NCBI GenBank assembly: GCA_019115895.1
Contig: DXCS01000019.1
Coordinates: 1-43,416, forward strand
Direction: 5' to 3'
Origin: Candidatus Merdibacter merdipullorum
Lineage (GTDB): Bacteria > Bacillota_I > Bacilli_A > Erysipelotrichales > Erysipelotrichaceae
DNA: 43,416 bases
The notes under the pieces were generated by a model. That model was not told where the DNA came from. It saw only the letters and a list, made by a program, of their open reading frames with translations, and did no database searches. Shown piece after piece: positions 1-10,043 of the stretch. Both the position numbers and the translations under genes were made by a program. The first letter of the stretch is position 1, and each line of letters begins with the position of its first letter.

Positions 1-149
<149 letters not shown>

Positions 150-197
150 TCACGAACATAATCATAGCATCATGTTCTGGCTGATTTCAAGAAAAAA

Positions 198-1109
198 TTA
201 CCTTCTTGAACGGCCTTTCAGCTTTTTTTCGACACTAAGCGCTTTCACCCTTTCCAGCACGCGCAGCGCCGCCACGGCCTCTTTCTGACGGCCTTGCGCA
301 GCGGCGAAACGCGCCTGCAGTTCCTCCATCGTATAATTGCTGGTGAAGTACGTCAGACGGTGGTGATTCATGCGTGCATCGAGCAGCGTGAGCAGCACTT
401 CATCCCTGGACCAGGCGGTCATGCTCTCCCCGCCGATATCATCGAATACCGCGATGTCGGCATCCGTGATGCGCGAGAGCATCTCCTCCATCGCTTCGCT
501 GTCGGAAAACAGCAGCTTCAGCTGAGAGATGAGCCTGGGCACATTGACGAAAGCGCAGCTGAGCCCCTTGCGGGCATAATAGTTGCATACGCCGATGCAC
601 AGGTAGCTCTTGCCTACGCCGGGCGGCCCGGCCAGATAGATCCCGCGCGTCTTCTGTTCCTGCAGCAGATGCGCGATCAGCGCGAAATAGACTTCTTTGT
701 AGTCTGCGCTCTCCTTGCTGACATCCAGGGTGGTGAGGTCGATCTGCAGATCGTCACGGCCGAAGTCCATGACGGTGTAGCGGCGCTGATGATGAAGACG
801 CGCCTGCTCATCATTATAATGCGCACAAGCGCGCAGTCCATACGTCAGGACACCGTCATAAGTCAGGTCGAGGTAGTGGCCCTGGGGCTCATGGACGCAG
901 AACGCCAGCCCCTGACACCGTTCACAATATGTCTTCGTGGCGAGCCATTGCTGCAGCATGCCGCTGTGCGCGTCGATGAATGATTCATCCAGCTGATTGA
1001 CACGCAGGAAATCCTGCACATGCGGATCGCGGCGCAGCTTGCTCAGCAGCGCTTCTCTTGCGGCCTTGGCCTCTTCGCTCATCTCGATCTTAAAGGATAC
1101 TTCTTCCAT
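198..1109 (-). CDS. dnaI: Primosomal helicase loader DnaI
   Basis: N-terminal Cys/His zinc site (CERCQG...C), Walker A GPPGVGKS, Walker B VFDDIG, 'WSRDEVL', 'FTSNY'; directly downstream of dnaB-like gene. Confidence 0.9.
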   Translation of the reverse strand: MEEVSFKIEMSEEAKAAREALLSKLRRDPHVQDFLRVNQLDESFIDAHSGMLQQWLATKTYCERCQGLAFCVHEPQGHYLDLTYDGVLTYGLRACAHYNDEQARLHHQRRYTVMDFGRDDLQIDLTTLDVSKESADYKEVYFALIAHLLQEQKTRGIYLAGPPGVGKSYLCIGVCNYYARKGLSCAFVNVPRLISQLKLLFSDSEAMEEMLSRITDADIAVFDDIGGESMTAWSRDEVLLTLLDARMNHHRLTYFTSNYTMEELQARFAAAQGRQKEAVAALRVLERVKALSVEKKLKGRSRR

Positions 1110-2252
1110 TTACTCACCCCTCAGCGCCTTCTGCATGCGCGCGATGGCTTCATCATCCACCTGCGCATCCGTACGCTCTTCGCTTTGTTCATACCATTTC
1201 GGCAGCGATGCGCCGCCGCTCTCTCTTCCCTGCTTTTCTCCGGCCGCCTGCTTCTGCGCCTTCTCCAGCGTATCGATGCCGAGGCGGACCCAGCTGGACG
1301 CGACCTTTTCCACGTAGTTCCGCGCAAAGCTCTGGTTCGTCTTTTCCAGCACGGTCTCGATGAGCACGTTGGCCACCTCGCGCGGCAGATGATAGCGGGT
1401 CATGAGCGATTCGATCAGCTGGCGGTCGCTGCGGGAGACCTCCACGCCGTGCTGCTTCTGCTGAAAGAAGAGCACTGGCGCCATATCATAAGGATTGCGT
1501 GCTTCCCCTGAGGTGACGGCATGCGCGCCGCGCGCCTTCTTGCGCAGCAGCTCCGTATTGAACACGCCGGTGCGCGGGTTGATGCACTGATTCACCAGCC
1601 TGCGCATCTGCACCTCGCTGAGCCCATGCGCCAAGGCGAGCTCGGCGATGAGCCGCATGTTCTGCGGCGTCTGCAAGCGAGCAGGAAAGCGCCGCTCCAG
1701 CCCCTGCAGGAACACATCGAAGCGAAAGGGCAGCTGCTGATCCGAAGGCTGCGGGCGCATCTGCACGAATGCCTCCTCCTGCGTGCCCGCAAACGTCTCA
1801 GCGGCATCCATCACGGCACTGATCTCCACCAGCTTTTCCGTATCGCGCGCATCCTGCGCAAAGCGCAAACGGGCTGCCTCATAAGCCTTTGTCCCCAGCT
1901 GATTCAGATACAGCCGGCCCAGCACCTCATGGCGCAAAAACGCATTGCCTTCCATAGGCGGGCAGAGCTGATAGACATAAGACTGATCCTTTGGATCCAT
2001 GTACGTGCGCAGCAGCAGGAAGCGCTCGAGGATCTGACGCTGCTGATGCACCCGATCGACGCTTAAGCCCAGCAGGATGAAGGGCGTATGATCATGGGGA
2101 AGATGCTCGTCCGCGCCCAGCGCCAGCATCGTCTCATAAAGCGCGAGCGCCTCATGGCCCATCAGCGGCCCATACAGCAGGCTGAGCACCTGATGATCCT
2201 GCTCGCAAAGCGTCCGGCAGGGGATGATCGTGCATCCTTCCTCTCTGTTCAT
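1110..2252 (-). CDS. dnaB: Replication initiation/membrane attachment protein DnaB (DnaD/DnaB domain)
   Basis: 'LYGPLMG' N-terminal motif and C-terminal 'VANVLIE...YVEKVASSW...GIDT' DnaB_C motif; polA-mutM-coaE-dnaB-dnaI synteny. Confidence 0.85.
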   Translation of the reverse strand: MNREEGCTIIPCRTLCEQDHQVLSLLYGPLMGHEALALYETMLALGADEHLPHDHTPFILLGLSVDRVHQQRQILERFLLLRTYMDPKDQSYVYQLCPPMEGNAFLRHEVLGRLYLNQLGTKAYEAARLRFAQDARDTEKLVEISAVMDAAETFAGTQEEAFVQMRPQPSDQQLPFRFDVFLQGLERRFPARLQTPQNMRLIAELALAHGLSEVQMRRLVNQCINPRTGVFNTELLRKKARGAHAVTSGEARNPYDMAPVLFFQQKQHGVEVSRSDRQLIESLMTRYHLPREVANVLIETVLEKTNQSFARNYVEKVASSWVRLGIDTLEKAQKQAAGEKQGRESGGASLPKWYEQSEERTDAQVDDEAIARMQKALRGE

Positions 2253-2256
2253 CGGC

Positions 2257-2835
2257 TCACCTGTGCCTTTCCAGACAGGACAGCACCTGTCGTTTCAATG
2301 ATTCTCTGTCAGCATTATTGTATAACACGACATCACATAAAGCAATTTTTTCTTCCTGGCTCATCTGCGCGGCCAGCCGGCGTCTGGCTTCCTGCTCACT
2401 GACCCCGCGGCCCTTCAGCCTGGCGATCAGGATATCCTCATCCGCGGCCACGACCCAGGTCTCGTCAAAGGCGTCCTGCCAGCCGCATTCAAACAGCAGC
2501 GGCACCTCCGCCACGGCGATCTCGCTGCCGCAGTGCGCCATCTCTTCCTGCAGGCGCTGCTTGATGAGCGGGTGCAGGATCGCTTCCACTTCCCGCCGGC
2601 CCTCCGCCGTCTCAAACATGTGATCGCTGAGCGCCTGCCGGTCGATCTCCCCTTTTGCGTCGATGAACCGGCTGCCATAGCGCTCAAGCAGCGCCGCATG
2701 GCCCGCTTCTTTCGGCCTGAGCAGCTGCGCGTTGATCTCATCGCAGTCAAAGACCGGGATGCCCGCTTCCTTCAGGACAGCGATCACGCTGGACTTGCCT
2801 GCGCCCATCACCCCGCTCAGGGCGATCTTCTTCAT
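2257..2835 (-). CDS. coaE: Dephospho-CoA kinase
   Basis: IALSGVMGAGKS P-loop, 'LHPLI', 'EVPLLFE', 'RLAAQM'. Start set at the ATG overlapping the mutM stop (ATGA); 2850 is an alternative. Confidence 0.95.
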   Translation of the reverse strand: MKKIALSGVMGAGKSSVIAVLKEAGIPVFDCDEINAQLLRPKEAGHAALLERYGSRFIDAKGEIDRQALSDHMFETAEGRREVEAILHPLIKQRLQEEMAHCGSEIAVAEVPLLFECGWQDAFDETWVVAADEDILIARLKGRGVSEQEARRRLAAQMSQEEKIALCDVVLYNNADRESLKRQVLSCLERHR

Positions 2836-3662
2836 CTTCTTTTCTGACATTTCGCACAATAATATGTCCCTCTTCCGCCGGCCTGCACCTTGATGATCTC
2901 ACTGCCGCAGACAGGACATGGCTCTCCTTTCTTCGCATGCACCTTCAGCTGCAGCTGAAAGCGGCCGTCCACCCCCAGCGATGACGTGTAGCTGCGGATG
3001 GTCGTTCCTCCGGCCCGTATCGCCCCATTCAGGATGCGCCGGGCCTGGACGAGCAGTTCCTCGGCATCCTTCCTGCGCAGGCGGTAAGCCTTCGTCAGCG
3101 GATGCAGGCCTGCGGCAAAGCAGATCTCATCCGCATAGATGTTGCCGATGCCGGCGATGATGCGCTGATCGAGCAGCGCCTGTTTGAGCGTGATGCGGCG
3201 CGCATGCAGATGCGCATACAGCTCATCAGCGCTCAGCGTCTCATCCAGCGCATCCTTTCCGACACGGGCAAAGCAAGGGCATTCCCGCAAGCTGCCCTGC
3301 TTGGGATAAGCGTACATGCGGCCGAACTTGCGGGTATCGTGATAGCGCAGCTCCCGGCCGTCTTCCAGCTGGAAGATGACATGCACATGACGCGCGTCAA
3401 CCGGCGCAGAAGGCTGCTGCAGATAAAATTTTCCTTCCATGCGCAGATGGGCGATCCACCAGACATCGCCCAGATCGAAGCAGAGGTATTTGCCGATCCG
3501 CGCATAATCTTCGATGCGCCGTCCGCAGACCAGCGAAGCGAACATCTGCGGGTCCCCGTGGATGATGCGCGCCCATCTCACCTGGACATCGCGGATGCGC
3601 GCATGCCCCATCTGCGCATGCAGCGTATCCAGCACGGTCTGTACTTCAGGAAGCTCAGGCAT
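2832..3662 (-). CDS. mutM: Formamidopyrimidine-DNA glycosylase
   Basis: MPELPEV N-terminus, HLRMEG, GIGNIYADE, C-terminal zinc finger CPVC...CAKCQ. Confidence 0.97.
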   Translation of the reverse strand: MPELPEVQTVLDTLHAQMGHARIRDVQVRWARIIHGDPQMFASLVCGRRIEDYARIGKYLCFDLGDVWWIAHLRMEGKFYLQQPSAPVDARHVHVIFQLEDGRELRYHDTRKFGRMYAYPKQGSLRECPCFARVGKDALDETLSADELYAHLHARRITLKQALLDQRIIAGIGNIYADEICFAAGLHPLTKAYRLRRKDAEELLVQARRILNGAIRAGGTTIRSYTSSLGVDGRFQLQLKVHAKKGEPCPVCGSEIIKVQAGGRGTYYCAKCQKRR

Positions 3663-3670
3663 ACGCGCAC

Positions 3671-6250
3671 CTACTTCGCCTCATACCAGGTGCGGCCGAT
3701 GCTCGCATTGGCGACGAGGGGCACCTTCAGCTTCACGACGTTCTGCATGCCTTCCTTCACGATGCGCATCATCTGCTCGACCTCATCCTCAGGCACATCA
3801 AAGATCAGCTCATCGTGGATCTGCAGGATCATGCGGGAGCGCACTTGCTCCTCCTGCATCTTCTTGTCGATGGCGATCATCGCCATCTTGATGAGATCGG
3901 CAGCGCTGCCCTGGATCGGCGCATTCATGGCCGCGCGTTTGCCGAATTCCCTCATCATATAGTTTTTGTCGCTGATCTCTGGGATATACCGCCGCCGCTG
4001 GAACATCGTCGTCACATAGCCATGCTCCTCGCAGAAGGCGATCGTGTCATTCATGAAGGCGTGGATCTTCGGATAGGAAGCGAAGTATTTCTCGATGAAG
4101 CTGTGCGCCTCTTTGCGGGTGATGCCCAGCTGCTCGCTCAGCCCGTAATCCGACTGACCGTAGACGATGCCGAAATTGACGGTCTTGGCGCTGCGGCGCA
4201 TGGACGCGTCTACCTCATCCTCGCTGACATCGAAGATCTGCGCAGCCGTCCGGGTATGGATGTCACTGCCATGGCTGAACGCGTCGATCATCTGGGTCTC
4301 ATCGGCCATGTGCGCCAGCATGCGCAGCTCGATCTGTGAGTAGTCCGCCGAAAGGAACACATGCCCTTCCTCCGCCACGAAGGCCTTTCTGATCTCCCGT
4401 CCCTCTTCGTCGCGCACGCTGATGTTCTGCAGGTTCGGTTCGCTGCTTGACAACCTGCCGGTCTGCGCCAGCGCCTGATTGAACACGGTGTGGATGCGCT
4501 GATCTTGCGAGATGTGCTTCTTCAGTCCGACCACATATGTGGTATACAGCTTGGCATACTTGCGGTAATCGAGCAGACAAGGGATGATCGGGTGCACATC
4601 GCGCAGCTTTTCCAGCACCTCCACCGCGGTGGAGCGCTTCTTGCCAGACTTCAGCCCGAGCTCATCGAAAAGCACGATGCCCAGCTGCTTAGGGGAATTG
4701 ATGTTGAACTCATGACCGGCATATGTATATACCTTTGCGGCATTTTCCTCCATGCGCGCATGGGTGACTTCTCCGATCTCATCGAGCACGTCTTCGCTGA
4801 TGTGGATGCCCTCCTGCTCCATCTTGAACAAGATGCGGGAAAGGGGCATCTCCAGCGTGGTGAGCAGCGGCCACATCCCTTCCTCGCGCAGCTTCTCCTT
4901 CATCTGCGGGACGATCGGGGCCATGCCGGCGAGCAGCGCTTCCATATAGGCGCACTGGCGGTCAAACTCCGGCAGTATCGCCTTTCCCTTCTTGCCATAG
5001 ACATCGTCGATCGACAGCGGCATGGGGATCTGATAATGATCCAGGAAGCGCTCGAAGCTGGTGATCGAGCTGTCCAGCAAAAAGCTGCCCAGCATCAGAT
5101 CGAAGGCGAAATCACTGCATGCGATGCCGCTGCGCGCGGCCGCATGATAAAACTCCTTGGCATTGTAGGTGATCTTGTGCTCATCCTGCGCCAGATACCG
5201 CAGCAGGCGTTCATCGCGTCTGGCGTCATCCAGCGTGATGTAATAGCACTCTCCCTGGCAGTACAGCGCAAAGCCATAGAGCGCCTTGCGGGTGTAATGC
5301 TCATTGTCGCAGTCCGCCAGGATGATGGTGTTTTCCGCAGACAGGTCGGCATCGATATGGTCCACACAGCGGATGTGCTGCTTGACGAGCGGTTCGGCAT
5401 GTTCCTGCTGCAGGAATGATTTCATCTCATATTTGCGGTAGAACTCATTGACGTTTGGCGCAAAGCCGGAAAACGCGAGGTCATCGAGCGCAAAGGGGAT
5501 GTCTGCATCGCGGCGGATCGTGGCCAGAAAGCGCGAGAGCATGGCGCTCTCCCTGCCCTCCTCCAGCTTCTCCCGCAGCTTTCCCTTGACCTCGTCGATA
5601 TGCGCATAGACGCCATCCACGCTGTCATAGCAGCTGAGCAGCTTGAGCGCGGTCTTTTCCCCGACGCCCTTCACGCCGGGGATATTGTCGGCCGTATCGC
5701 CCATCAGCGCCTTGAGGTCGACGATCTGCTCGGGACGAAGGCCGTATGCGTCCTGCAGCGCCTGCAGGTCCATCAGCTGCATCTCGCTGATGCCTTTTTT
5801 CATGAGCAGCACATCGGTGGTCTTGTCGATGAGCTGCAATAAGTCGCGGTCGCTCGAGAGGATGGTGATGGACACCTCCGGGTGCGCGGCCGCAAATGAG
5901 CCGATGATGTCGTCCGCCTCGATCCCTTCGCATTCATAGCGCTTTACGCCGCAGGCATCGAGAAACTCGCGGGCGATGGGAAACTGCACGATCAGCTCCT
6001 GATCCAGCGCTTTGCGCGTGCCCTTGTATTCCTGGTATGCCTCATGCCTGAAGGTCGGCTTGCCGGCATCCCAGGCGACCAGCACGCCGTCGGGCTCGAT
6101 CTGTTCCAGCGCCTTTTGGAACATGGTCACGAAGCCGAACACGGCATTGGTGGGAATGCCGTTGGCCGTGCGCATCATACGGCCGTACACGGTCGCATAA
6201 TAGGCGCGGAACAGCATCGAATTTCCATCCAGAAGCAGAAGTTTTCTCAT
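3671..6250 (-). CDS. polA: DNA polymerase I
   Basis: 5'-3' exonuclease N-terminus (LLLLDGNS...RAYY), TGRLSSSEPNLQNI, DYSQIELR, QIHDEL motifs. Confidence 0.98.
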   Translation of the reverse strand: MRKLLLLDGNSMLFRAYYATVYGRMMRTANGIPTNAVFGFVTMFQKALEQIEPDGVLVAWDAGKPTFRHEAYQEYKGTRKALDQELIVQFPIAREFLDACGVKRYECEGIEADDIIGSFAAAHPEVSITILSSDRDLLQLIDKTTDVLLMKKGISEMQLMDLQALQDAYGLRPEQIVDLKALMGDTADNIPGVKGVGEKTALKLLSCYDSVDGVYAHIDEVKGKLREKLEEGRESAMLSRFLATIRRDADIPFALDDLAFSGFAPNVNEFYRKYEMKSFLQQEHAEPLVKQHIRCVDHIDADLSAENTIILADCDNEHYTRKALYGFALYCQGECYYITLDDARRDERLLRYLAQDEHKITYNAKEFYHAAARSGIACSDFAFDLMLGSFLLDSSITSFERFLDHYQIPMPLSIDDVYGKKGKAILPEFDRQCAYMEALLAGMAPIVPQMKEKLREEGMWPLLTTLEMPLSRILFKMEQEGIHISEDVLDEIGEVTHARMEENAAKVYTYAGHEFNINSPKQLGIVLFDELGLKSGKKRSTAVEVLEKLRDVHPIIPCLLDYRKYAKLYTTYVVGLKKHISQDQRIHTVFNQALAQTGRLSSSEPNLQNISVRDEEGREIRKAFVAEEGHVFLSADYSQIELRMLAHMADETQMIDAFSHGSDIHTRTAAQIFDVSEDEVDASMRRSAKTVNFGIVYGQSDYGLSEQLGITRKEAHSFIEKYFASYPKIHAFMNDTIAFCEEHGYVTTMFQRRRYIPEISDKNYMMREFGKRAAMNAPIQGSAADLIKMAMIAIDKKMQEEQVRSRMILQIHDELIFDVPEDEVEQMMRIVKEGMQNVVKLKVPLVANASIGRTWYEAK

Positions 6251-6339
6251 ATATCTCATCACCCTGTCAGTCGATGACAGGTCTCCTTTCTATCGGTACT
6301 TATTTTAACACATTTGTTCCGCCTTGAAACAGCGGACGC

Positions 6340-6363
6340 AAAAAAGACGGATCATCGTCCGTC
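6340..6363 (-). terminator. Intrinsic terminator after the lipoprotein gene
   Basis: Minus strand GACGGA-cgatga-TCCGTC followed by T6. Confidence 0.6.
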
Positions 6364-6366
6364 CGT

Positions 6367-7293
6367 TCATTCCAGGCCGAGCAGCACATTGAGGTTCTCC
6401 TGCATCAGCGTCAGGTAATTCTTTCCCGCCCGCTGCTGCGCATCGCTCAGCGAAGAGATATTGTTGAGAGGGACCGGAGTCAGTCCCAGTTCATTGATGA
6501 TCTGCAAGCGCAGATCGATCATATCCTGCGGCAGGTTTTCCTCGATGGCCATATACTGCACGCCTTCTTCCCGCAAGGTCTCGATGATCACGGAAAGCTG
6601 CTCATCGTCCGGCAATGCGCCATAGCGGGAGAGGCAGACGGGATAGACCTGGATGCCATAGTTCTGCCAATGGCCGAAATTCGGGGTCATGACCGCGACG
6701 CGGATCTGCTTTTCCCGCAGCTGCTGATAGCGGGCATCCAGCCTGGAGAGCTCGATCTCCAGCGCATCGTAATTATCTGAAAACGCCTGGGCATAGGCCG
6801 GATAACGCTCACTGAGGTAATCGCGGATGCAGGCAGCCATGCCGCACATCGTCACCGCATCCATCCACAGCGTGGGATCGGAATAATACATATCGACATC
6901 GTCAAAGGCATCTCCCTCATACCATGGCTGCGTCTCGTTGTTTTCGCCATAGCGAAGAAACGGAAAGTTTCCCAGCTGATCGACCAGATTGACCTGCTCG
7001 ATCCTACTGTCCGTGATCTCATCCGCATACGCTTCATAATATGATTCCAGCCCGCCCAGATAAAGGAGCGCATCGCTCTGGGCGAGCAGTTCCTGATAGT
7101 CGTCGCGGATCTGCGCGCGCTGGATCAAGGTATTCTCGCTGAGCAGCACGCAGCTGACTCGATCCTGCGCGATCTGTTCGACCAGATACTGCAGCGGATA
7201 ACAGGTGACCAGCACCTGATCGTGCGTCGCCCTGCAGCCGCACAGCGTCATCAGGGAAAGACACAGACACAGGGTCATCTTCACCAGTTTCAT
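6367..7293 (-). CDS. TroA/ZnuA-fold substrate-binding lipoprotein (atypical, orphan)
   Basis: Signal peptide with lipobox LCGC; 'TCYPLQYLVEQIA', 'LYLGGLE', 'YLTLMQENL' resemble cluster A-I metal-binding proteins, but the His ligands appear absent. Confidence 0.7.
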   Translation of the reverse strand: MKLVKMTLCLCLSLMTLCGCRATHDQVLVTCYPLQYLVEQIAQDRVSCVLLSENTLIQRAQIRDDYQELLAQSDALLYLGGLESYYEAYADEITDSRIEQVNLVDQLGNFPFLRYGENNETQPWYEGDAFDDVDMYYSDPTLWMDAVTMCGMAACIRDYLSERYPAYAQAFSDNYDALEIELSRLDARYQQLREKQIRVAVMTPNFGHWQNYGIQVYPVCLSRYGALPDDEQLSVIIETLREEGVQYMAIEENLPQDMIDLRLQIINELGLTPVPLNNISSLSDAQQRAGKNYLTLMQENLNVLLGLE

Positions 7294-7313
7294 ACGCATC
7301 ACCACCAGATGCA

Positions 7314-8069
7314 TTATATCATATTTTGGCCGCTGCGGCAGTGAAACAATCGTTTCAGCCATGTCCGCTCATCGATGAGCTGCGTGCCCTCCTGCAGATA
7401 ATTGGTGCGGTTGCGGTAAAGGTCGTGCTGCGCGTGGACCTTGCGGCGGCCCAGAAAGGGATGGGAGAGCCGGTAACGGTAAAAGCTCATGCGCTCTTCC
7501 GTCAGGCGGGCGTGCTGCATCAGCTCCTGGATGAACAGGACAAACAGCGTGATCATCCCCGCCGCATCGCGCATGCAGCCAGAGAGGAAGATCGCCGGCA
7601 GCGCCGCGAACGAGCACAGCACGCCCAGCCGCTGCGCCTTTGCGTAAGGCAGCCACAGATGGAACAGGGTCTGCATGATCCTTCCGCCATCCAGCGGCAC
7701 CACCGGCAGCAAGTTGAACAGCAGCATGGCCCGGTTGATCTCCATCAGATAGCCGGCGAAGGATACGGAGATGAGCGAACAGGACGCCATGGCCTGCAGC
7801 AGAAACGGAAACAGCAGATGCATGCATGGGCCGGCAGCCAGGATGAACAGCGCGCTGCCCACGCTGACATAGCTGATCTCATCGATCTGCGCGCACAGGC
7901 CGAAGGGGCAGATCCGCACCCGGCGCACCGGGCAATGCACCAGCATGGCCGCCAGACAGTGCGCCGCTTCATGCAGGCTCATCATGAGGAAGATCGCCAG
8001 CAGCACTTTCCAGCATCCGCTGAACCAGGCGAACAGCATCATCGCCGCCCACAGCAGCAGGCCGATCAC
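7314..8069 (-). CDS. spoIVFB: M50 intramembrane metalloprotease, SpoIVFB-like
   Basis: HEAAH, AGP, NLLPVVPLDGG motifs; position after minCD-spoIVFA as in Bacillus. Confidence 0.75.
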   Translation of the reverse strand: MIGLLLWAAMMLFAWFSGCWKVLLAIFLMMSLHEAAHCLAAMLVHCPVRRVRICPFGLCAQIDEISYVSVGSALFILAAGPCMHLLFPFLLQAMASCSLISVSFAGYLMEINRAMLLFNLLPVVPLDGGRIMQTLFHLWLPYAKAQRLGVLCSFAALPAIFLSGCMRDAAGMITLFVLFIQELMQHARLTEERMSFYRYRLSHPFLGRRKVHAQHDLYRNRTNYLQEGTQLIDERTWLKRLFHCRSGQNMI

Positions 8070-8620
8070 CCTTCGCTCATGTCCTCCAGCGCGATCTCCT
8101 CTCCATCCCTGAAGCAGCGGATCTCCACATATTCCTGATACGTGCCCAGGGCCGCGCCGCTGCGGATGCGCTCATCCTCCTGTACGGCGGCTTCCTGCAG
8201 GTTGGCGAAGTTGATCATCACGCCGTCATCGCTCTTCATGGTGACACAGTATGTCTCGTTCTGCGCCTCGATGTGCACGATGATGCCCTCACACACTGCC
8301 GTAGCTTCATTGGTGCCATTGTGATAGCGATGCTCCCCCACCGCCTCATACTGTCCCATGCTGGCGACGCTCTGCACCTCATCCTGACGAAACCAGGTGT
8401 CAAAGGGCAGATAGTCGCTCCAGTTCAGGCTGGTGAAATAGTCCATGGCCTGCTGTGCCTGAGGGATCTGCAGACGCAAGGCGATCATGAAGCTGAGCCC
8501 GCCCACGCAAAGCCCCATCACTGCGATCACGCCCTTGGTGAACCAGCGGCTCAGCCGATGCGGGCTTCTCTGCCTGCTCTTTCGGCTGATGCGTCTTCTG
8601 ATCCTTCTGATGTCGTCCAT
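8066..8620 (-). CDS. spoIVFA: SpoIVFA-like membrane protein (degenerate M23/LytM domain)
   Basis: Basic N-terminus, one TM segment, C-terminal M23-like beta region without HxH; synteny between minD and the M50 protease. Confidence 0.6.
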   Translation of the reverse strand: MDDIRRIRRRISRKSRQRSPHRLSRWFTKGVIAVMGLCVGGLSFMIALRLQIPQAQQAMDYFTSLNWSDYLPFDTWFRQDEVQSVASMGQYEAVGEHRYHNGTNEATAVCEGIIVHIEAQNETYCVTMKSDDGVMINFANLQEAAVQEDERIRSGAALGTYQEYVEIRCFRDGEEIALEDMSEG

Positions 8621-8640
8621 GTGCTCACCTCTCTCATTCA

Positions 8641-8668
8641 TATGTATGCAGCAGCCTCGTCGATATGT
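8641..8668 (-). promoter_or_regulatory. Putative sigma-E promoter of spoIVFA-B
   Basis: Minus strand ACATATC-N13-CATACATA resembles the B. subtilis sigE consensus; spoIVF is sigE-dependent in B. subtilis. Confidence 0.5.
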
Positions 8669-9447
8669 CAGGTGGCAAAGATCCTGGACAAAAACCGGCG
8701 TTCATTGAGCTTGGGCAGCGCGACCTTCTCTTTGAGAAAGCGGCGGGCAAGCACATCGAAGCAGTGATAGAGCTGTGAATCGCGGGCGACGGCGATCGGC
8801 AGGCCGCGGTTGTTGCAGGACTGCATGCGTACGTCCTCCACGATATAGCCCAGCAATGGGATGGCCAGCCAGCTGGTGGCATCCTCGATCTTCACGCACA
8901 TGCCTTTATCGATGGCCCTGGGGCTCACCTTGTTGAGCACGAGCTCGAGCATGGCCACCCCTTCCTTGAGCAGCAGGCCGATCACCCGGTCCGCATCCTG
9001 AAGCGCGCTCACATCGAGGTTGCTGACGATGATGGCGCGGCTGGCCACGGTGCTGGCGAAGCGAAAGCCGCTTTCCACCCCTGCCGGCGTATCGATGAAC
9101 AGATAATCGAACTGATTCTGCAGCACGCGCATCACGCGGACAAAGTCCTCCTGATGGATGCCGGAAAAGTTGACGCCCTTGCACACCGGCAGCAGATAAA
9201 GGTTCTTCTCGCGTTTATCCTGCAGCAAGGCGCGTTCGAGCAGACAGCGCTCTTCGACCACATCCTGCATATCGAAGATCACCCGGTTGTCGAGCCCCAT
9301 CATGAGATCGAGATTCTTCAATCCCAGATCCGCATCGACAAGACAGATCTTGTATCCTTTTGACGCCAGCATCATGCCCAGATGGATGCAGACGCTGCTT
9401 TTCCCCACACCGCCCTTTCCGGACGTCACGGCAATGATTTCTCCCAT
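8668..9447 (-). CDS. minD: Septum site-determining ATPase MinD
   Basis: TSGKGGVGKS, DADLGLKNLD, DTPAG, DADRVIGLL; C-terminal amphipathic FLSRIF. Confidence 0.95.
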   Translation of the reverse strand: MGEIIAVTSGKGGVGKSSVCIHLGMMLASKGYKICLVDADLGLKNLDLMMGLDNRVIFDMQDVVEERCLLERALLQDKREKNLYLLPVCKGVNFSGIHQEDFVRVMRVLQNQFDYLFIDTPAGVESGFRFASTVASRAIIVSNLDVSALQDADRVIGLLLKEGVAMLELVLNKVSPRAIDKGMCVKIEDATSWLAIPLLGYIVEDVRMQSCNNRGLPIAVARDSQLYHCFDVLARRFLKEKVALPKLNERRFLSRIFAT

Positions 9448-9470
9448 GAATTCCCTCCTCACGTCATATC

Positions 9471-10043
9471 TTAATCACAGCGCGGCGCGGAGGCTGTCGA
9501 ATCTTGTATGCGGCGGCAAATGAGCCGCTGTCCCTCTGCGCTCACCTTGCAGGGCGCAGGACAGCTGATGCGCGCGAATGCAGAATCACCGATGCGGATG
9601 CGCGCCTCCTTCAGCGCGCCGGCATAGAGCACATCGTCGGCGTGAAACAGGTCGACCACTCCTTCCACGCTTCCCATCACGCACAGCGTGGCTGTGCATG
9701 CCAATGTCCCGCCGGGGCGGACACTGCCAAACAGCATCGTCTCTTCCTGCAGGCTGAGCCGTTCGCCGCTGTGCACATGCTGTTCCACGATGCGCATGCG
9801 CGAGGGTTCATGCGTGCCCGGGTTGATCCCGAGGATGCCGATCTGATGCGCCTGACACAGCCGCAGAAAGCGCAGCGCCTGCTGATCGCTGAGCGGCGGA
9901 ACATGAAAAAAAGCCGCCGCGCGCGCATCAGGCTGCAGTGGCGGCAGGCTTTGCTGAAACTGCTGGAGCATCTCCTCCACATCCGCAGACTGAAGGAAGA
10001 TATGCATCCTGCTCTTTATTTCCTTGATCTTAACGTGTACCAT
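9471..10043 (-). CDS. minC: Septum site-determining protein MinC (divergent)
   Basis: C-terminal beta-helix-like 'VHSGERL...GSVRPGG...VMGSVEG...IRIG'; lies between mreD and minD. Confidence 0.7.
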   Translation of the reverse strand: MVHVKIKEIKSRMHIFLQSADVEEMLQQFQQSLPPLQPDARAAAFFHVPPLSDQQALRFLRLCQAHQIGILGINPGTHEPSRMRIVEQHVHSGERLSLQEETMLFGSVRPGGTLACTATLCVMGSVEGVVDLFHADDVLYAGALKEARIRIGDSAFARISCPAPCKVSAEGQRLICRRIQDSTASAPRCD

